The notes: generated by a model from the sequence alone, not told the origin. A stretch of 40,762 nt of DNA from Burkholderiales bacterium (GCA_919902235.1 CAKKQX010000017.1:1-40762), one strand, 5' to 3'; positions 1 through 7,992 are shown, counted from the first letter of the stretch. Program-made: numbers and translations.

Positions 1-25
1 GGCGTCGTCCTCGCAGCCGAAGAAG
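1..25. repeat. Terminal direct repeat (circular overlap), copy 1
   Basis: GGCGTCGTCCTCGCAGCCGAAGAAG at 1-25 is identical to 40705-40729. Confidence 0.9.
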
Positions 26-294
26 AAGCTCTTGCAGTGCTGCGTGGCCATGCCGAGCCAGGGCTGGCCTACCGCGGCGGCGGTGCATAACTGCTGCATC
101 AGCAGCGACTTGCCGAGCCCCCCGTCGCCCGAGAGAATGGCGACCGTGCCGCGCAGGAAAGCGCCATCCACGATCCAGTCGTAGGGCGGCGGCGTCGCGC
201 CCTGCCAGCGCGCGGGCGACCATGGGGCCAGTTGCTCGATCTGCCGCCTGGGCGCTATCTCGCCCGGCCACGGCCCGCGCACCGTATCGCCCAT
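1..294 (-). CDS. RepA/AAA_25-type replicative helicase, N-terminal part (continues at 40704 across the circular junction; about 292 aa in total)
   Basis: ATG at 294 overlaps the upstream TGA. Manual translation MGDTVRGPW...AILSGDGGLGKSLL...FFGCEDDA contains Walker A GDGGLGKS and joins DELHRRQ... at 40704 in frame. Confidence 0.85.
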   Translation of the reverse strand, partial: MGDTVRGPWPGEIAPRRQIEQLAPWSPARWQGATPPPYDWIVDGAFLRGTVAILSGDGGLGKSLLMQQLCTAAAVGQPWLGMATQHCKSFFFGCEDDA

Positions 295-851
295 CAATCC
301 TCCATCGTGTGAACAGCAATGCCGCGTTTGCGGCTCTCGATCGCCAGGAGCGCCAAGCGCTCCGGCGTGTGGTGCATCGAGCGCGACACGAACACATCGC
401 GCATGGTCTCGGGCCATTCGACATAGGCGAAGCGCCGGTAGTCCATGCAGGCCAGCGCCGGAAGCCCCATCGCCTGCGATGTCTTGAGCGCCACCAGCGG
501 CTCGATCGCCAGGACCGCCGCATCCACCGGCTTGCCGAACAGCACGGCCGCGCCCTCGGAACTGCCGCTATCCACGATGTCTACCAGCGCGCCGTCCGGC
601 GCGATGACGTAGCGGCGGCAGCCGAACAGGCCTGTGCCGTCGTCGCAGGTGAACGGCAACACGATGGCGGATAACTCCGCGTGCCACAGCAGCATCGAGG
701 ATGGGCGCAGGGCAAGCGAAGCCAGGAACGCGCGCGGCCGCGCCTCGTCGCGCATGGGACTCGCGGTATGGACGATTCGGCGGTAGGCGGGGAAGTCCAG
801 GCCCGCAGGAAACGGCCCAGGTAGATCGGCGAATGAAATATCGGAGAACAT
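294..851 (-). CDS. Degenerate Toprim/primase-like protein
   Basis: GAAVLF...VLAIEPLVALKTSQAMGLPALAC...WPETMRDVFV...RGIAV follows the phage Toprim primase pattern (GGAVRL..AEGIETALS..PAWA..LP..V.I.ADxD) but lacks DxD. It is translationally coupled to the helicase. Confidence 0.55.
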   Translation of the reverse strand: MFSDISFADLPGPFPAGLDFPAYRRIVHTASPMRDEARPRAFLASLALRPSSMLLWHAELSAIVLPFTCDDGTGLFGCRRYVIAPDGALVDIVDSGSSEGAAVLFGKPVDAAVLAIEPLVALKTSQAMGLPALACMDYRRFAYVEWPETMRDVFVSRSMHHTPERLALLAIESRKRGIAVHTMED

Positions 852-943
852 GGGCCGCAGTTCCCACCGCAGGAGAGGAAGTGGGGACAGCCGCCTGCGT
901 GCGGTTATCGGGAGCTACCCTAGCCCCCACTCTCGTCGGGAGA

Positions 944-1423
944 TTATTTCTTGGGCGCGGCGGCGTCAACAGGCGCGTCCATCTCCACGACGCCCACCCG
1001 CGCGCCCTGCACGGTTTTCTTGCCGCTGTTCTGCGCCGCCCACACCGCGCGCACGTCCCACACCAGGCTGTCGTCGGTCAGCACGCCCATGGTCTGCAAC
1101 AGGTCCAGCACCGGCTTGATTCGGTTGTCCACGTCCGCCTTGCCGACCGAGGGGCGCTCCAGGCGGATGTTCACGCGCACGCGGCCCTTGAGCTTTGGCA
1201 CGCGCTGGCGGCGCAGCTCCCATCCCGCCTCGTTGATCCAGGCGTTGTAGGCTTCGCTGCGCGCGCGGCCGCGCCCGGTGTTGATGAACATGTTGTTGGC
1301 GCTGGGCGGCATCGGCAGCGTGAAAAACGCGGCGCGGCGTCCCTGCTTGTCGAGATAGCCGCCGCCAACGGGATCAAGGCGCTGGCGGCGCGGCCACGAC
1401 ACGGGCGGCACGGCGATGGGCAT
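944..1423 (-). CDS. rusA: RusA-family Holliday junction resolvase
   Basis: Motifs LPMPPSANN, DVDNRIKPVLDLL and DDSLV. The true start is ATG 1423, overlapping the Cro stop (TAATG). Confidence 0.85.
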   Translation of the reverse strand: MPIAVPPVSWPRRQRLDPVGGGYLDKQGRRAAFFTLPMPPSANNMFINTGRGRARSEAYNAWINEAGWELRRQRVPKLKGRVRVNIRLERPSVGKADVDNRIKPVLDLLQTMGVLTDDSLVWDVRAVWAAQNSGKKTVQGARVGVVEMDAPVDAAAPKK

Positions 1424-1635
1424 TATTTCCGGTGCGCGAAGTAGGAGAGCAGCGCGTCGGCCTTGACCTTGCCGCCGGTGCCCTTCTCGATCCGCTGCGC
1501 CGTCTTGGTGGTGATGAACGCCACCTTGTCGTCGCGGATGTTGTAGATCGTGCCGACGCTGGCGCCGATGCGCTGCGCCAGGAGATAGGCGCGGTCGTCC
1601 TCGGTGTCGAGATATGCGGCCAGCGGATTTGCCAT
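1423..1635 (-). CDS. Cro-like XRE helix-turn-helix regulator
   Basis: 70 aa; LAQRIGASVGTIYNI HTH and AQRIEKGTGGKV tail; first gene of the leftward unit. Confidence 0.75.
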   Translation of the reverse strand: MANPLAAYLDTEDDRAYLLAQRIGASVGTIYNIRDDKVAFITTKTAQRIEKGTGGKVKADALLSYFAHRK

Positions 1636-1643
1636 CGCGCGCT

Positions 1644-1693
1644 ACTGTAGCAGAAATTTTCCGGTTGACAACATAAATTCCATTCTGTACGGT
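1644..1693. promoter_or_regulatory. Divergent overlapping sigma70-type promoters
   Basis: Rightward: TTGACA(1665-70)-17-TACGGT(1688-93). Leftward: TTGTCA(1671-66)-16-TACAGT(1649-44). Both start codons are within 10 nt of the -10 (leaderless-like). Inverted repeat TTTCCGGT 1658-65 / ACCGGAAA 1696-1703. Confidence 0.6.
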
Positions 1694-1702
1694 TGACCGG
1701 AA

Positions 1703-1894
1703 ATGAGCCTGTTGCAAAAACTCCGCCAGCCGATCCTGACAGCCAAGTGGCTGCTGCTGCGTTGGTGGATGTACCGCAACGGCTTCCGGGTGCCGCGCGA
1801 CGTGTGGGGCATCGACGGCAAGCCCGAGGGCATGCGCGGCCTGGCGCTGCACATCGAGGGAGCGGGCGGCGCGAGCCCGAGGGAGTGGCGATGA
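1703..1894 (+). CDS. Hypothetical early protein
   Basis: 63 aa ORF directly after the promoter; ATGA overlap with the next gene. Confidence 0.6.
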   Translation: MSLLQKLRQPILTAKWLLLRWWMYRNGFRVPRDVWGIDGKPEGMRGLALHIEGAGGASPREWR

Positions 1895-2100
1895 TCGACC
1901 TGTTGGGCGCCGCATTCTCCGCGTATCTGCTGCTCGGGCAGCCGAACGACGGCGTTCCTTCTTCGCGCGCCAAGTTCGACACGTCGGCCGAGTGCGCCGC
2001 CGCCCTGGCGCGAGACGCGAAGAAATTCAGCCTCGACCCGGCGCGCTTCGAGTGCGTTCAGAACGGCGAGACGTGGATCATCAAGGGGAAGCTGAAATGA
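1891..2100 (+). CDS. Small putative secreted protein with Cys pair
   Basis: MIDLLGAAFSAYLLLG hydrophobic N-terminus; ECAAAL...FECV; GGGAG RBS; ATGA coupling at both ends. Confidence 0.55.
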   Translation: MIDLLGAAFSAYLLLGQPNDGVPSSRAKFDTSAECAAALARDAKKFSLDPARFECVQNGETWIIKGKLK

Positions 2101-2894
2101 CCGTCCTGTTCGACCTGACGCCCGAGGAAAAGCTGGAGCGCCGGAAATACATCGGCGGCTCCGAGGCTGGCAAGATCATGTCCGGCGAGTGGTACGACCT
2201 TTGGCGCGAGAAAAAAGGTTTGCAAGAGCCGGACGATCTATCGAACGTGCTGCCCGTGCAGCTCGGCAAGTGGACCGAGGAGTTCAACGCCGCGTGGTAC
2301 GAGAAGCAGTTCAAGGAGCCGGTGACGCAGCGCGGCAAGGTCATGGTCAGCCGCTCGCACACCTACATGCGCGCCAGCCTGGACGGCATTGTGGGCGACG
2401 CGATCTGGGAGGCCAAGCACGTCTCGGGCTTCGAGGACATGGACACCATCGTGCAGCGCTACATGCCGCAGCTTCATCACAACATGCTGTGCTCTGGCGC
2501 GCGCCGTGCCGTGCTCTCCGTGCTGGTCGGCACCCGCGCCTTCGAGCGCGTCCTGGTGGACTTCGACAGTTTCTACGGCGAGACGCTGTTGCAGATGGAG
2601 GAAGATTTCTGGCGCTTCATGGAGGGCGACGACGCGCCGCCGAACGGCAAGCCCGCGGAGCCGCCGGCGCCGCCCAAGGAGTTCCGCGACGTGGACATGC
2701 AGGGCAACAACGCCTGGGCGCACAACGCCGGGCTGTGGCTGGCGAACAAGGACGGCGTGGCGATCTTCAAGAGCGCCGAAAAGGAACTGAAGGCCCTGGT
2801 CGAGGCCGATGTCGGCAAAGCGACCGGCCACGGCATCGTGGCGAAGCGCGACAAACGTGGGTTGAGTATCAAGGAGGACAAGAATGGCCGTTGA
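2097..2894 (+). CDS. YqaJ-like (lambda-exonuclease family) recombination nuclease
   Basis: RRKYIGGSEAG, LWREK, RASLDG, WEAK, PQLHHNM motifs; followed by the annealing protein gene. Confidence 0.9.
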   Translation: MTVLFDLTPEEKLERRKYIGGSEAGKIMSGEWYDLWREKKGLQEPDDLSNVLPVQLGKWTEEFNAAWYEKQFKEPVTQRGKVMVSRSHTYMRASLDGIVGDAIWEAKHVSGFEDMDTIVQRYMPQLHHNMLCSGARRAVLSVLVGTRAFERVLVDFDSFYGETLLQMEEDFWRFMEGDDAPPNGKPAEPPAPPKEFRDVDMQGNNAWAHNAGLWLANKDGVAIFKSAEKELKALVEADVGKATGHGIVAKRDKRGLSIKEDKNGR

Positions 2895-3774
2895 TCCCGA
2901 GACCGGCGAGGTCCGCGACGAAATGCCGCAGCCCGCGCCCGCGCCGCGCACGACGCCGCCGCAGGTGGCGGCCGCCGTCGTGGCGGTGATGAAAAAGGTC
3001 AAGCAACTCGGCTACGACGACACGAATCAGCATCAGCGCTACGGGTTCGTGTCGATCGACAAGTTCCTGGCCTTCATGGGGCCGCTGCTGGCGGAGGCCG
3101 GGCTGACGCTCGATGTCGAGGAGGTCGGCTACGACATCAGGCGCCAGGGCGGAACGGACCGGGACACCGGGAACGCCAAGGAAAGCGCGTGGCTGTACGC
3201 GCAGTACCGGCTCTGGCTGGTGCATGAAAGCGGGGCGATGAGCGCGCCCTACAGCCGCTCGATCCTGGTGCCGGTCAGCGGGCCGCAGGCGTTCGGCTCG
3301 GCCGAAAGCTATGTGGTCAAGCGGTTCCTGCGCACCAAGTTCTTCGTGCCCACGGGCGACAAGGACGACGCCGATCTGACGGCCGCCGGCGAGGTGCAGC
3401 CCAGGGGCGCGCAGACGCGCCAGGCCGCCCGGTCGGGGGCTGCCTACCAGCCCGGCGCTCAAGACGTGCCCATGGCCCAAAAACCGGCCCCCTCGCCCGC
3501 TCCGGCAGCCCCGGCCGGGAAAGCCCTCGGGCCGGACGATCCGGCATACGACAAGGCCCTGCGCGATTTCGAGACCATCAAGGCGCGGGCCGGCGCGGCG
3601 GCGGACCATGCCGCGCTGGAAACGGTGCTGCTGGAGAACCAGAAGCGGCTGGAGGAGATCGGCGAGCTGGGGCTGCAACCCAGGCAGGCGGTCGAGACGC
3701 TGCTGGGGCGTATCCAGGACAAGATGAACAAGCTGAAGGGCGGCTTCGACGCGACCACGGGAGCGCGCATCTAA
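2884..3774 (+). CDS. ERF-family single-strand annealing protein
   Basis: NQHQRYGFVSID, LAEAGL, PQAFGSAESYVVKRFL...GDKDDAD motifs; paired with the YqaJ exonuclease. Confidence 0.8.
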   Translation: MAVDPETGEVRDEMPQPAPAPRTTPPQVAAAVVAVMKKVKQLGYDDTNQHQRYGFVSIDKFLAFMGPLLAEAGLTLDVEEVGYDIRRQGGTDRDTGNAKESAWLYAQYRLWLVHESGAMSAPYSRSILVPVSGPQAFGSAESYVVKRFLRTKFFVPTGDKDDADLTAAGEVQPRGAQTRQAARSGAAYQPGAQDVPMAQKPAPSPAPAAPAGKALGPDDPAYDKALRDFETIKARAGAAADHAALETVLLENQKRLEEIGELGLQPRQAVETLLGRIQDKMNKLKGGFDATTGARI

Positions 3775-3775
3775 C

Positions 3776-4198
3776 GTGACCGACACCTCGGCCCCCGATG
3801 CGCTGGACCAGTTCCTCGGCGAGTTTCGCGAGGAGTTGAAAAAGCGCGCCGGCCTGCGGGCGCTGGTCAAGGAGGCCGACGAACGGCGCGAGGCGGTGCT
3901 GGCGCAGCAGGCGCTGGCGGCGCGCAAGAGGCCGGACTTTGGCATTCATCCCGGCGGAATAGTGCCCGAGGGCGACCCGCGCATGGTGCTGGCCAATGCC
4001 TGGAAGCCGCCGTCCCTGGACGAGGCGAAGCTGGCGGCGAAGGCCAGCGCGGAATACGCCCAGGCGACGGCGCGGTGGCTGGAGCAGTACAAGGCGCTGG
4101 AGCATGTCGAGGCGACGATCAAGCACATGGAGACTCGCTGGGAGACTTGGCGCACCCGCGCCGCCAGTGCGCGGCAACTGCGAAGGATGGAGGGATAG
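3776..4198 (+). CDS. Helical hypothetical protein, possibly a recombination mediator
   Basis: Coiled-coil-like with A.ASAEY...WETWRT..AS.R ending; lies in the recombination operon. Confidence 0.5.
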   Translation: MTDTSAPDALDQFLGEFREELKKRAGLRALVKEADERREAVLAQQALAARKRPDFGIHPGGIVPEGDPRMVLANAWKPPSLDEAKLAAKASAEYAQATARWLEQYKALEHVEATIKHMETRWETWRTRAASARQLRRMEG

Positions 4199-4408
4199 AT
4201 GCGTGTCGCGTTGCGCGAGGACCAGATCGACCTGATCCGCGATTGTCTCGTCCATCTGTCCGGTCGCATGGAGGAACGCCTGCGTCCGGCATCCAACAGC
4301 ACGGTGACGGACAATCTCTCGCACAAAATCTGCCGCAAGCGGATCGCCGAAATTCTCGCAACCCTACCGATGGAGAAGCCCAATGCCCTGGAAACCGAAC
4401 GAAGCTAA
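4199..4408 (+). CDS. Hypothetical protein
   Basis: 69 aa; GGAGG RBS; abuts the upstream stop. Confidence 0.55.
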   Translation: MRVALREDQIDLIRDCLVHLSGRMEERLRPASNSTVTDNLSHKICRKRIAEILATLPMEKPNALETERS

Positions 4409-4571
4409 ACGCTTCACCAAAAAGGCCGACACGCCGAAGCGCAAGCGGCAGTTTGCGAAAGTCGCAAACTCGATGCTCAAGCGCGGCCAGAGCGAGGGCA
4501 GCGCCGTGCGCGCGGGCAACGCCGCGGTGAAGAAGGCGCGGGCCAAGCGGCTCGCCAAGGCAAAGCTGTGA
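4383..4571 (+). CDS. Small basic protein (ChaB-like pattern)
   Basis: MPW...FAKVANSMLKRGQSEGSAVRAGNAAV; Lys-rich; GGAG RBS. Confidence 0.55.
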   Translation: MPWKPNEAKRFTKKADTPKRKRQFAKVANSMLKRGQSEGSAVRAGNAAVKKARAKRLAKAKL

Positions 4572-4762
4572 GGCTCCGCGCATTTGAGATCGGCGCCGTG
4601 GTGGTAGGCCATTTCCTCGGCGCAGCCGTGATCTCTATGGCTCTTTCGAGCGCCATAGATGCGGTGTTCATGGGCTGGCGCGCGCACGCATTCGCTTGGG
4701 TTTCGATAGCCTTGGCGATACTTAGTTGGGGCGCTGCTTTTTGGTTTGAGGTGCTGTCGTGA
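4568..4762 (+). CDS. Small two-TM membrane protein
   Basis: Two hydrophobic stretches; GTGA overlaps at both ends. Confidence 0.55.
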   Translation: MRLRAFEIGAVVVGHFLGAAVISMALSSAIDAVFMGWRAHAFAWVSIALAILSWGAAFWFEVLS

Positions 4763-5034
4763 CCGCGCCCGCAGCTCCGCCTGCGCCGGCCCAGATGCTG
4801 GAGCCGGTGAGGCCGTACAGCATCATGATCTGGACGAAGCGCGGCGCGTGCTACACGTTCACGGGCCTGGTGATCCCGTGGCCCGCGCTCATCAAGCTTA
4901 TCCGCGCCGATGGCTACGCGATCTCGGACGGGGCCTACATCCCGCACGACTGCATCAGCGAGATCGTGCGGCCCGACATGACGATGCAGGCCCCGGCGTT
5001 GACGGGCGCTCTGGAAGGGATGGCGCGGGCATGA
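4759..5034 (+). CDS. Hypothetical protein
   Basis: 91 aa; high-GC3 codon usage; coupled to its neighbours. Confidence 0.6.
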   Translation: MTAPAAPPAPAQMLEPVRPYSIMIWTKRGACYTFTGLVIPWPALIKLIRADGYAISDGAYIPHDCISEIVRPDMTMQAPALTGALEGMARA

Positions 5035-5429
5035 CCAACCTCGTATCCGTGTTGCTCATCATCGGCGCGGCGGGAGCGGGCGTTGCTGCTGGCGTGTGGG
5101 TAAAGCAACACCGTCTAATATCGCGCTTCCGGGGGTTGGCTCGCTACCCAGCGGTCTCCCCTGCGGGCAAATCCAGCATCGATTCGTTGCTGTATTCTGA
5201 CGGGCGGCTCGCCATTCGATTTATCACCGGCGAGACATGGATTTACAGCGGCATCCCCCACGCGGTTTACAAGGCATTGCTACGCTCCCCCCATCCCGCG
5301 ACATTCTACAACGGTAATATTCTTGATAAATACCCGAGGATATACGGCCTTGTGAGTATAACTGAAGAATGGCGCTTTAAAGATGTTGTTATTTCTTGCA
5401 TCCCCGCCCCCACGGGATACCGGAAGTGA
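5031..5429 (+). CDS. KTSC-domain protein with N-terminal TM anchor
   Basis: MTNLVSVLLIIGAAGAGVAAGVWV TM, then SSIDSLLY..LAIRF.TG..IYSGIP..VYKALL.SP..A.FYN.NI.DKY KTSC pattern. Confidence 0.65.
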   Translation: MTNLVSVLLIIGAAGAGVAAGVWVKQHRLISRFRGLARYPAVSPAGKSSIDSLLYSDGRLAIRFITGETWIYSGIPHAVYKALLRSPHPATFYNGNILDKYPRIYGLVSITEEWRFKDVVISCIPAPTGYRK

Positions 5430-5908
5430 ACTTTCGCATCATCACCTACATCGACACGCTGGGCATGATGGCGGGGCTCTGGCGCCGCCGCGCCGACATG
5501 CCGGGCACTCCCGGCGTGCTGCCGCTGCGGGAATGGCGCGACGGAGCCGGACACGATCTGCCGGTGCTGGCGGCGGGCAAGGATGCGTGGCACGGCGCGC
5601 GCAACGTCATCAACCGGGTGCAGCGCGCGCTCGCCGCCGACATCGTGGCCGCCGCCAGGATCGAGGCGCTTCAGCCAGCGACCGTGCAGCCCTGGGGCAA
5701 GGACGTGGAAGCCGCCGAGTTCGACACGTTTCTGCTACCGCTGGCGACGAATCCGGGATGCTTCAACTACTGCGGCAGCGCGACCATGCACTTGCCGGTC
5801 GGGCACTTGGTCTGGCTCAACGCCGCCATGCCGCACAGCGCCTCGAATTTCGGGCTGCACCCGCGCTATCATCTGGTGATCGAGGTCAAGAAGCCGGAGG
5901 TCGCATGA
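5426..5908 (+). CDS. Aspartyl/asparaginyl beta-hydroxylase-like (2OG-Fe(II) fold) protein, degenerate
   Basis: LPLATNPGC...MHLPVG.LVW.N...PHSASN...PRYHLVIE pattern; the HxD position reads PWGKD. Confidence 0.6.
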   Translation: MNFRIITYIDTLGMMAGLWRRRADMPGTPGVLPLREWRDGAGHDLPVLAAGKDAWHGARNVINRVQRALAADIVAAARIEALQPATVQPWGKDVEAAEFDTFLLPLATNPGCFNYCGSATMHLPVGHLVWLNAAMPHSASNFGLHPRYHLVIEVKKPEVA

Positions 5909-6117
5909 AATCCTGGGCCGTGGTGCTGATGCTGTCGCTGCCGGCGGGCGTGGACGCGCCGATCGCGCTGGAGCCCACGCAGATCATCATCGTCTGGGGC
6001 ATCGCTACCGAGACGGACTGCCGCCGCTGGGCGCTGCCGGATTTCCGCGAGCGCGCCGTGAAGCTCGGCCTCAAGGTCGAGAAGGAAGATTGCGAGTACC
6101 GAGAGCAGCCGCGGTGA
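5905..6117 (+). CDS. Small putative secreted protein with Cys pair
   Basis: MKSWAVVLMLSLPAG signal-like start; TDCRR...EDCE; GGAGG RBS. Confidence 0.55.
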   Translation: MKSWAVVLMLSLPAGVDAPIALEPTQIIIVWGIATETDCRRWALPDFRERAVKLGLKVEKEDCEYREQPR

Positions 6118-6120
6118 CGC

Positions 6121-6390
6121 TTGGCCGACAGGAAGGATTTCATCCAGGCCGCGAACACCGGGCAGTTGTTCCCCAACCTGCGGCGCACCAGCGAGCGGTC
6201 GCCGCACTACACGGGCACGATGAACATCGAGGGCGTGCTGTACGACCTCTACGCGCGGGTGAGAAAAATGCGCAACGGCAACGACTTTTTTTTCATCCAG
6301 GCGCGCAAGCGGTCGGATCGGACGTGGCTCAACAGGCTGGACAACCAGGAGCCGGCGGCCAAGACTTTTGGAGACGTGAAATGGGAGTGA
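6121..6390 (+). CDS. Putative small ssDNA-binding protein
   Basis: NTGQLFPN......PHYTGTMNIEG..Y.L....K..NG..F resembles the small phage SSB pattern (NSG.LF.N..K..PDY.G.I.V.G). Confidence 0.5.
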   Translation: MADRKDFIQAANTGQLFPNLRRTSERSPHYTGTMNIEGVLYDLYARVRKMRNGNDFFFIQARKRSDRTWLNRLDNQEPAAKTFGDVKWE

Positions 6391-6809
6391 CGAACGACGA
6401 TCTGCGGGAGAAGGTGGTGCAGGCCATAACGGCCCCAGGCACACGCTTTACCAGAGCCGACGCCGCGATCCGCGCGGTGCTGACGTACTACGCGGAGAAG
6501 GGGTTTTCGGACGCTGTTTATAAAGCGGCAGTAACCGCGCCATACATTGGCGGACAGCCAATAGATCGAATGGCGCGAGCCATGATGCGCGCCGCCCTGG
6601 CGCGCCGCCAGCCCCGCATGAAGCAGAAGCATGATCCGCGAACAGATGCTGTTGCGCGTGCGCTCTACAATTTCAGTGAGTCGCCGTTCTATGACACAAA
6701 ACCAGATACGCCGTGGCGCAAGGCCAAATCCATTAAGAAGTACTTATACACGACACAGGCAATCGTCGCGCTGAAAGCAGCCGAACTGCCGAAGCGGAGG
6801 CGGAAATGA
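6381..6809 (+). CDS. Hypothetical protein
   Basis: GGAG RBS before ATG 6381; lower-GC accessory block. Confidence 0.5.
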   Translation: MGVTNDDLREKVVQAITAPGTRFTRADAAIRAVLTYYAEKGFSDAVYKAAVTAPYIGGQPIDRMARAMMRAALARRQPRMKQKHDPRTDAVARALYNFSESPFYDTKPDTPWRKAKSIKKYLYTTQAIVALKAAELPKRRRK

Positions 6810-7099
6810 CCCTACACAACGCAATCACAGTTGCTGCCAAGGGCGTGACTGATATGGCCGAGCGCGATCCGATGGACGATGTGGTGCACAACAACAAGCT
6901 ATGGGGCGACAAAGTAACTATTCTCGAAGAACGTTACGACGACCTTAAGGCGCTGGTGCGGGAGTTGCGGGCGGCGCTGGAATTGGTACTGCCAATGGTG
7001 AGGGGGTACGTGTCAATTTATCCGGTTGGAAGCAACGCAGAATATCTCCGCGCCGCCAATGAAGCTCTCGCCAAATTCGCCGAGGGAGAAAGCAAATGA
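6806..7099 (+). CDS. Hypothetical protein
   Basis: ATGA-coupled; ELRAALE...ANEALAK helical phage-type ORF. Confidence 0.55.
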   Translation: MTLHNAITVAAKGVTDMAERDPMDDVVHNNKLWGDKVTILEERYDDLKALVRELRAALELVLPMVRGYVSIYPVGSNAEYLRAANEALAKFAEGESK

Positions 7100-7422
7100 C
7101 CGTCCCGACAGACAAGCAGCGCGAGCGGGCGCAAGAGATTGCGATGGAAATCCGCTCAGCTTGGTTCTTGAACGGCGGCGGCGATCCACGCGATGTAATC
7201 GCCCAAGCCCTCGCCGTCCAAGCCGCGCAGACGGAGCGCGAGACGGTGGAGAAGTGTGTATTGAAAATTAAAGTGCGAGCCGAACAATGGAAGCGATCTG
7301 GCAAACCGCCTGATGGACACACAGACGAAACTGTAATGCGGCGTAGGGCAATGACTGACGCAGCAAATGAGTTGTACGCCGATATTCTCGCCCTCGTGCC
7401 AGCGCCGGCGGGTTTGGTCTAA
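7096..7422 (+). CDS. Hypothetical protein
   Basis: ATGA-coupled; GGAG RBS. Confidence 0.55.
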   Translation: MTVPTDKQRERAQEIAMEIRSAWFLNGGGDPRDVIAQALAVQAAQTERETVEKCVLKIKVRAEQWKRSGKPPDGHTDETVMRRRAMTDAANELYADILALVPAPAGLV

Positions 7423-7494
7423 CGCGCTTTCGGATAACCGAATCTGGCCGCGCCCTCCTGGGCCGCGTGCGGGCAGAGAAGAAGGGATAAGGAG

Positions 7495-7698
7495 ATGACG
7501 GACGTATGGGCGTATATCACACACAAGGATGGTCGCATTGGCGGCGTCGTTACGCCTGCGGTCGGCAAGCGCGAACTGCGAAGGTTTCTAGGTGACTTCG
7601 CCATCGACGGTTACGAAATCAAGACCGCCCAAAACCGCGAAGAATATCTTGCGTTCATTAAAGGCAAACCGTTCGGCCCCGACAAGAAGGAAGGCTGA
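7495..7698 (+). CDS. Hypothetical protein
   Basis: 67 aa; AAGGAG RBS region. Confidence 0.55.
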   Translation: MTDVWAYITHKDGRIGGVVTPAVGKRELRRFLGDFAIDGYEIKTAQNREEYLAFIKGKPFGPDKKEG

Positions 7699-7704
7699 CA
7701 TGAC

Positions 7705-7806
7705 GGGAATTATCACCTTGATGTAGCATGAACTGGCCCTAGTGTTCTACACGACAGGCCGGCGATGTTAACGGGGTGATGGTTCCCTCTTCAAAGGAGA
7801 GGGAAA
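7705..7806 (+). ncRNA. Structured RNA leader with alternative anti-SD hairpin
   Basis: 16-bp stem GGGAATTATCACCTTG(7705-20)/CGGGGTGATGGTTCCC(7772-87) with four G-U pairs, plus inner stems. A competing hairpin TTCCCTCT(7783-90)/AGAGGGAA(7798-7805) covers the RBS region. Confidence 0.5.
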
Positions 7807-7992
7807 ATGGAGAAGGCTACCAAACGAGAGATCATAACTAAGATTTCGGCTCTATTGAAAGAATGGTTTCCCGGAGGCTACCCAGGTGACCGCAAGCTAG
7901 ATGACGTTGAAACCGCCGTCTTAGCTGAGAAAGTCTTCGACGAGATCGCTGGTCATGTATCTGTACCGAAAACTCCCAAACGTCCTTCTTGA
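7807..7992 (+). CDS. Hypothetical protein downstream of the structured leader
   Basis: 61 aa; AAGGAGAGGG RBS. Confidence 0.55.
   Translation: MEKATKREIITKISALLKEWFPGGYPGDRKLDDVETAVLAEKVFDEIAGHVSVPKTPKRPS

Noticed and set aside
7705-7787. Assignment to purine or SAM-II/V riboswitch classes
   Set aside because: Only short words resemble them (UUCUAC, GAACUG); the conserved junction and loop nucleotides do not fit.
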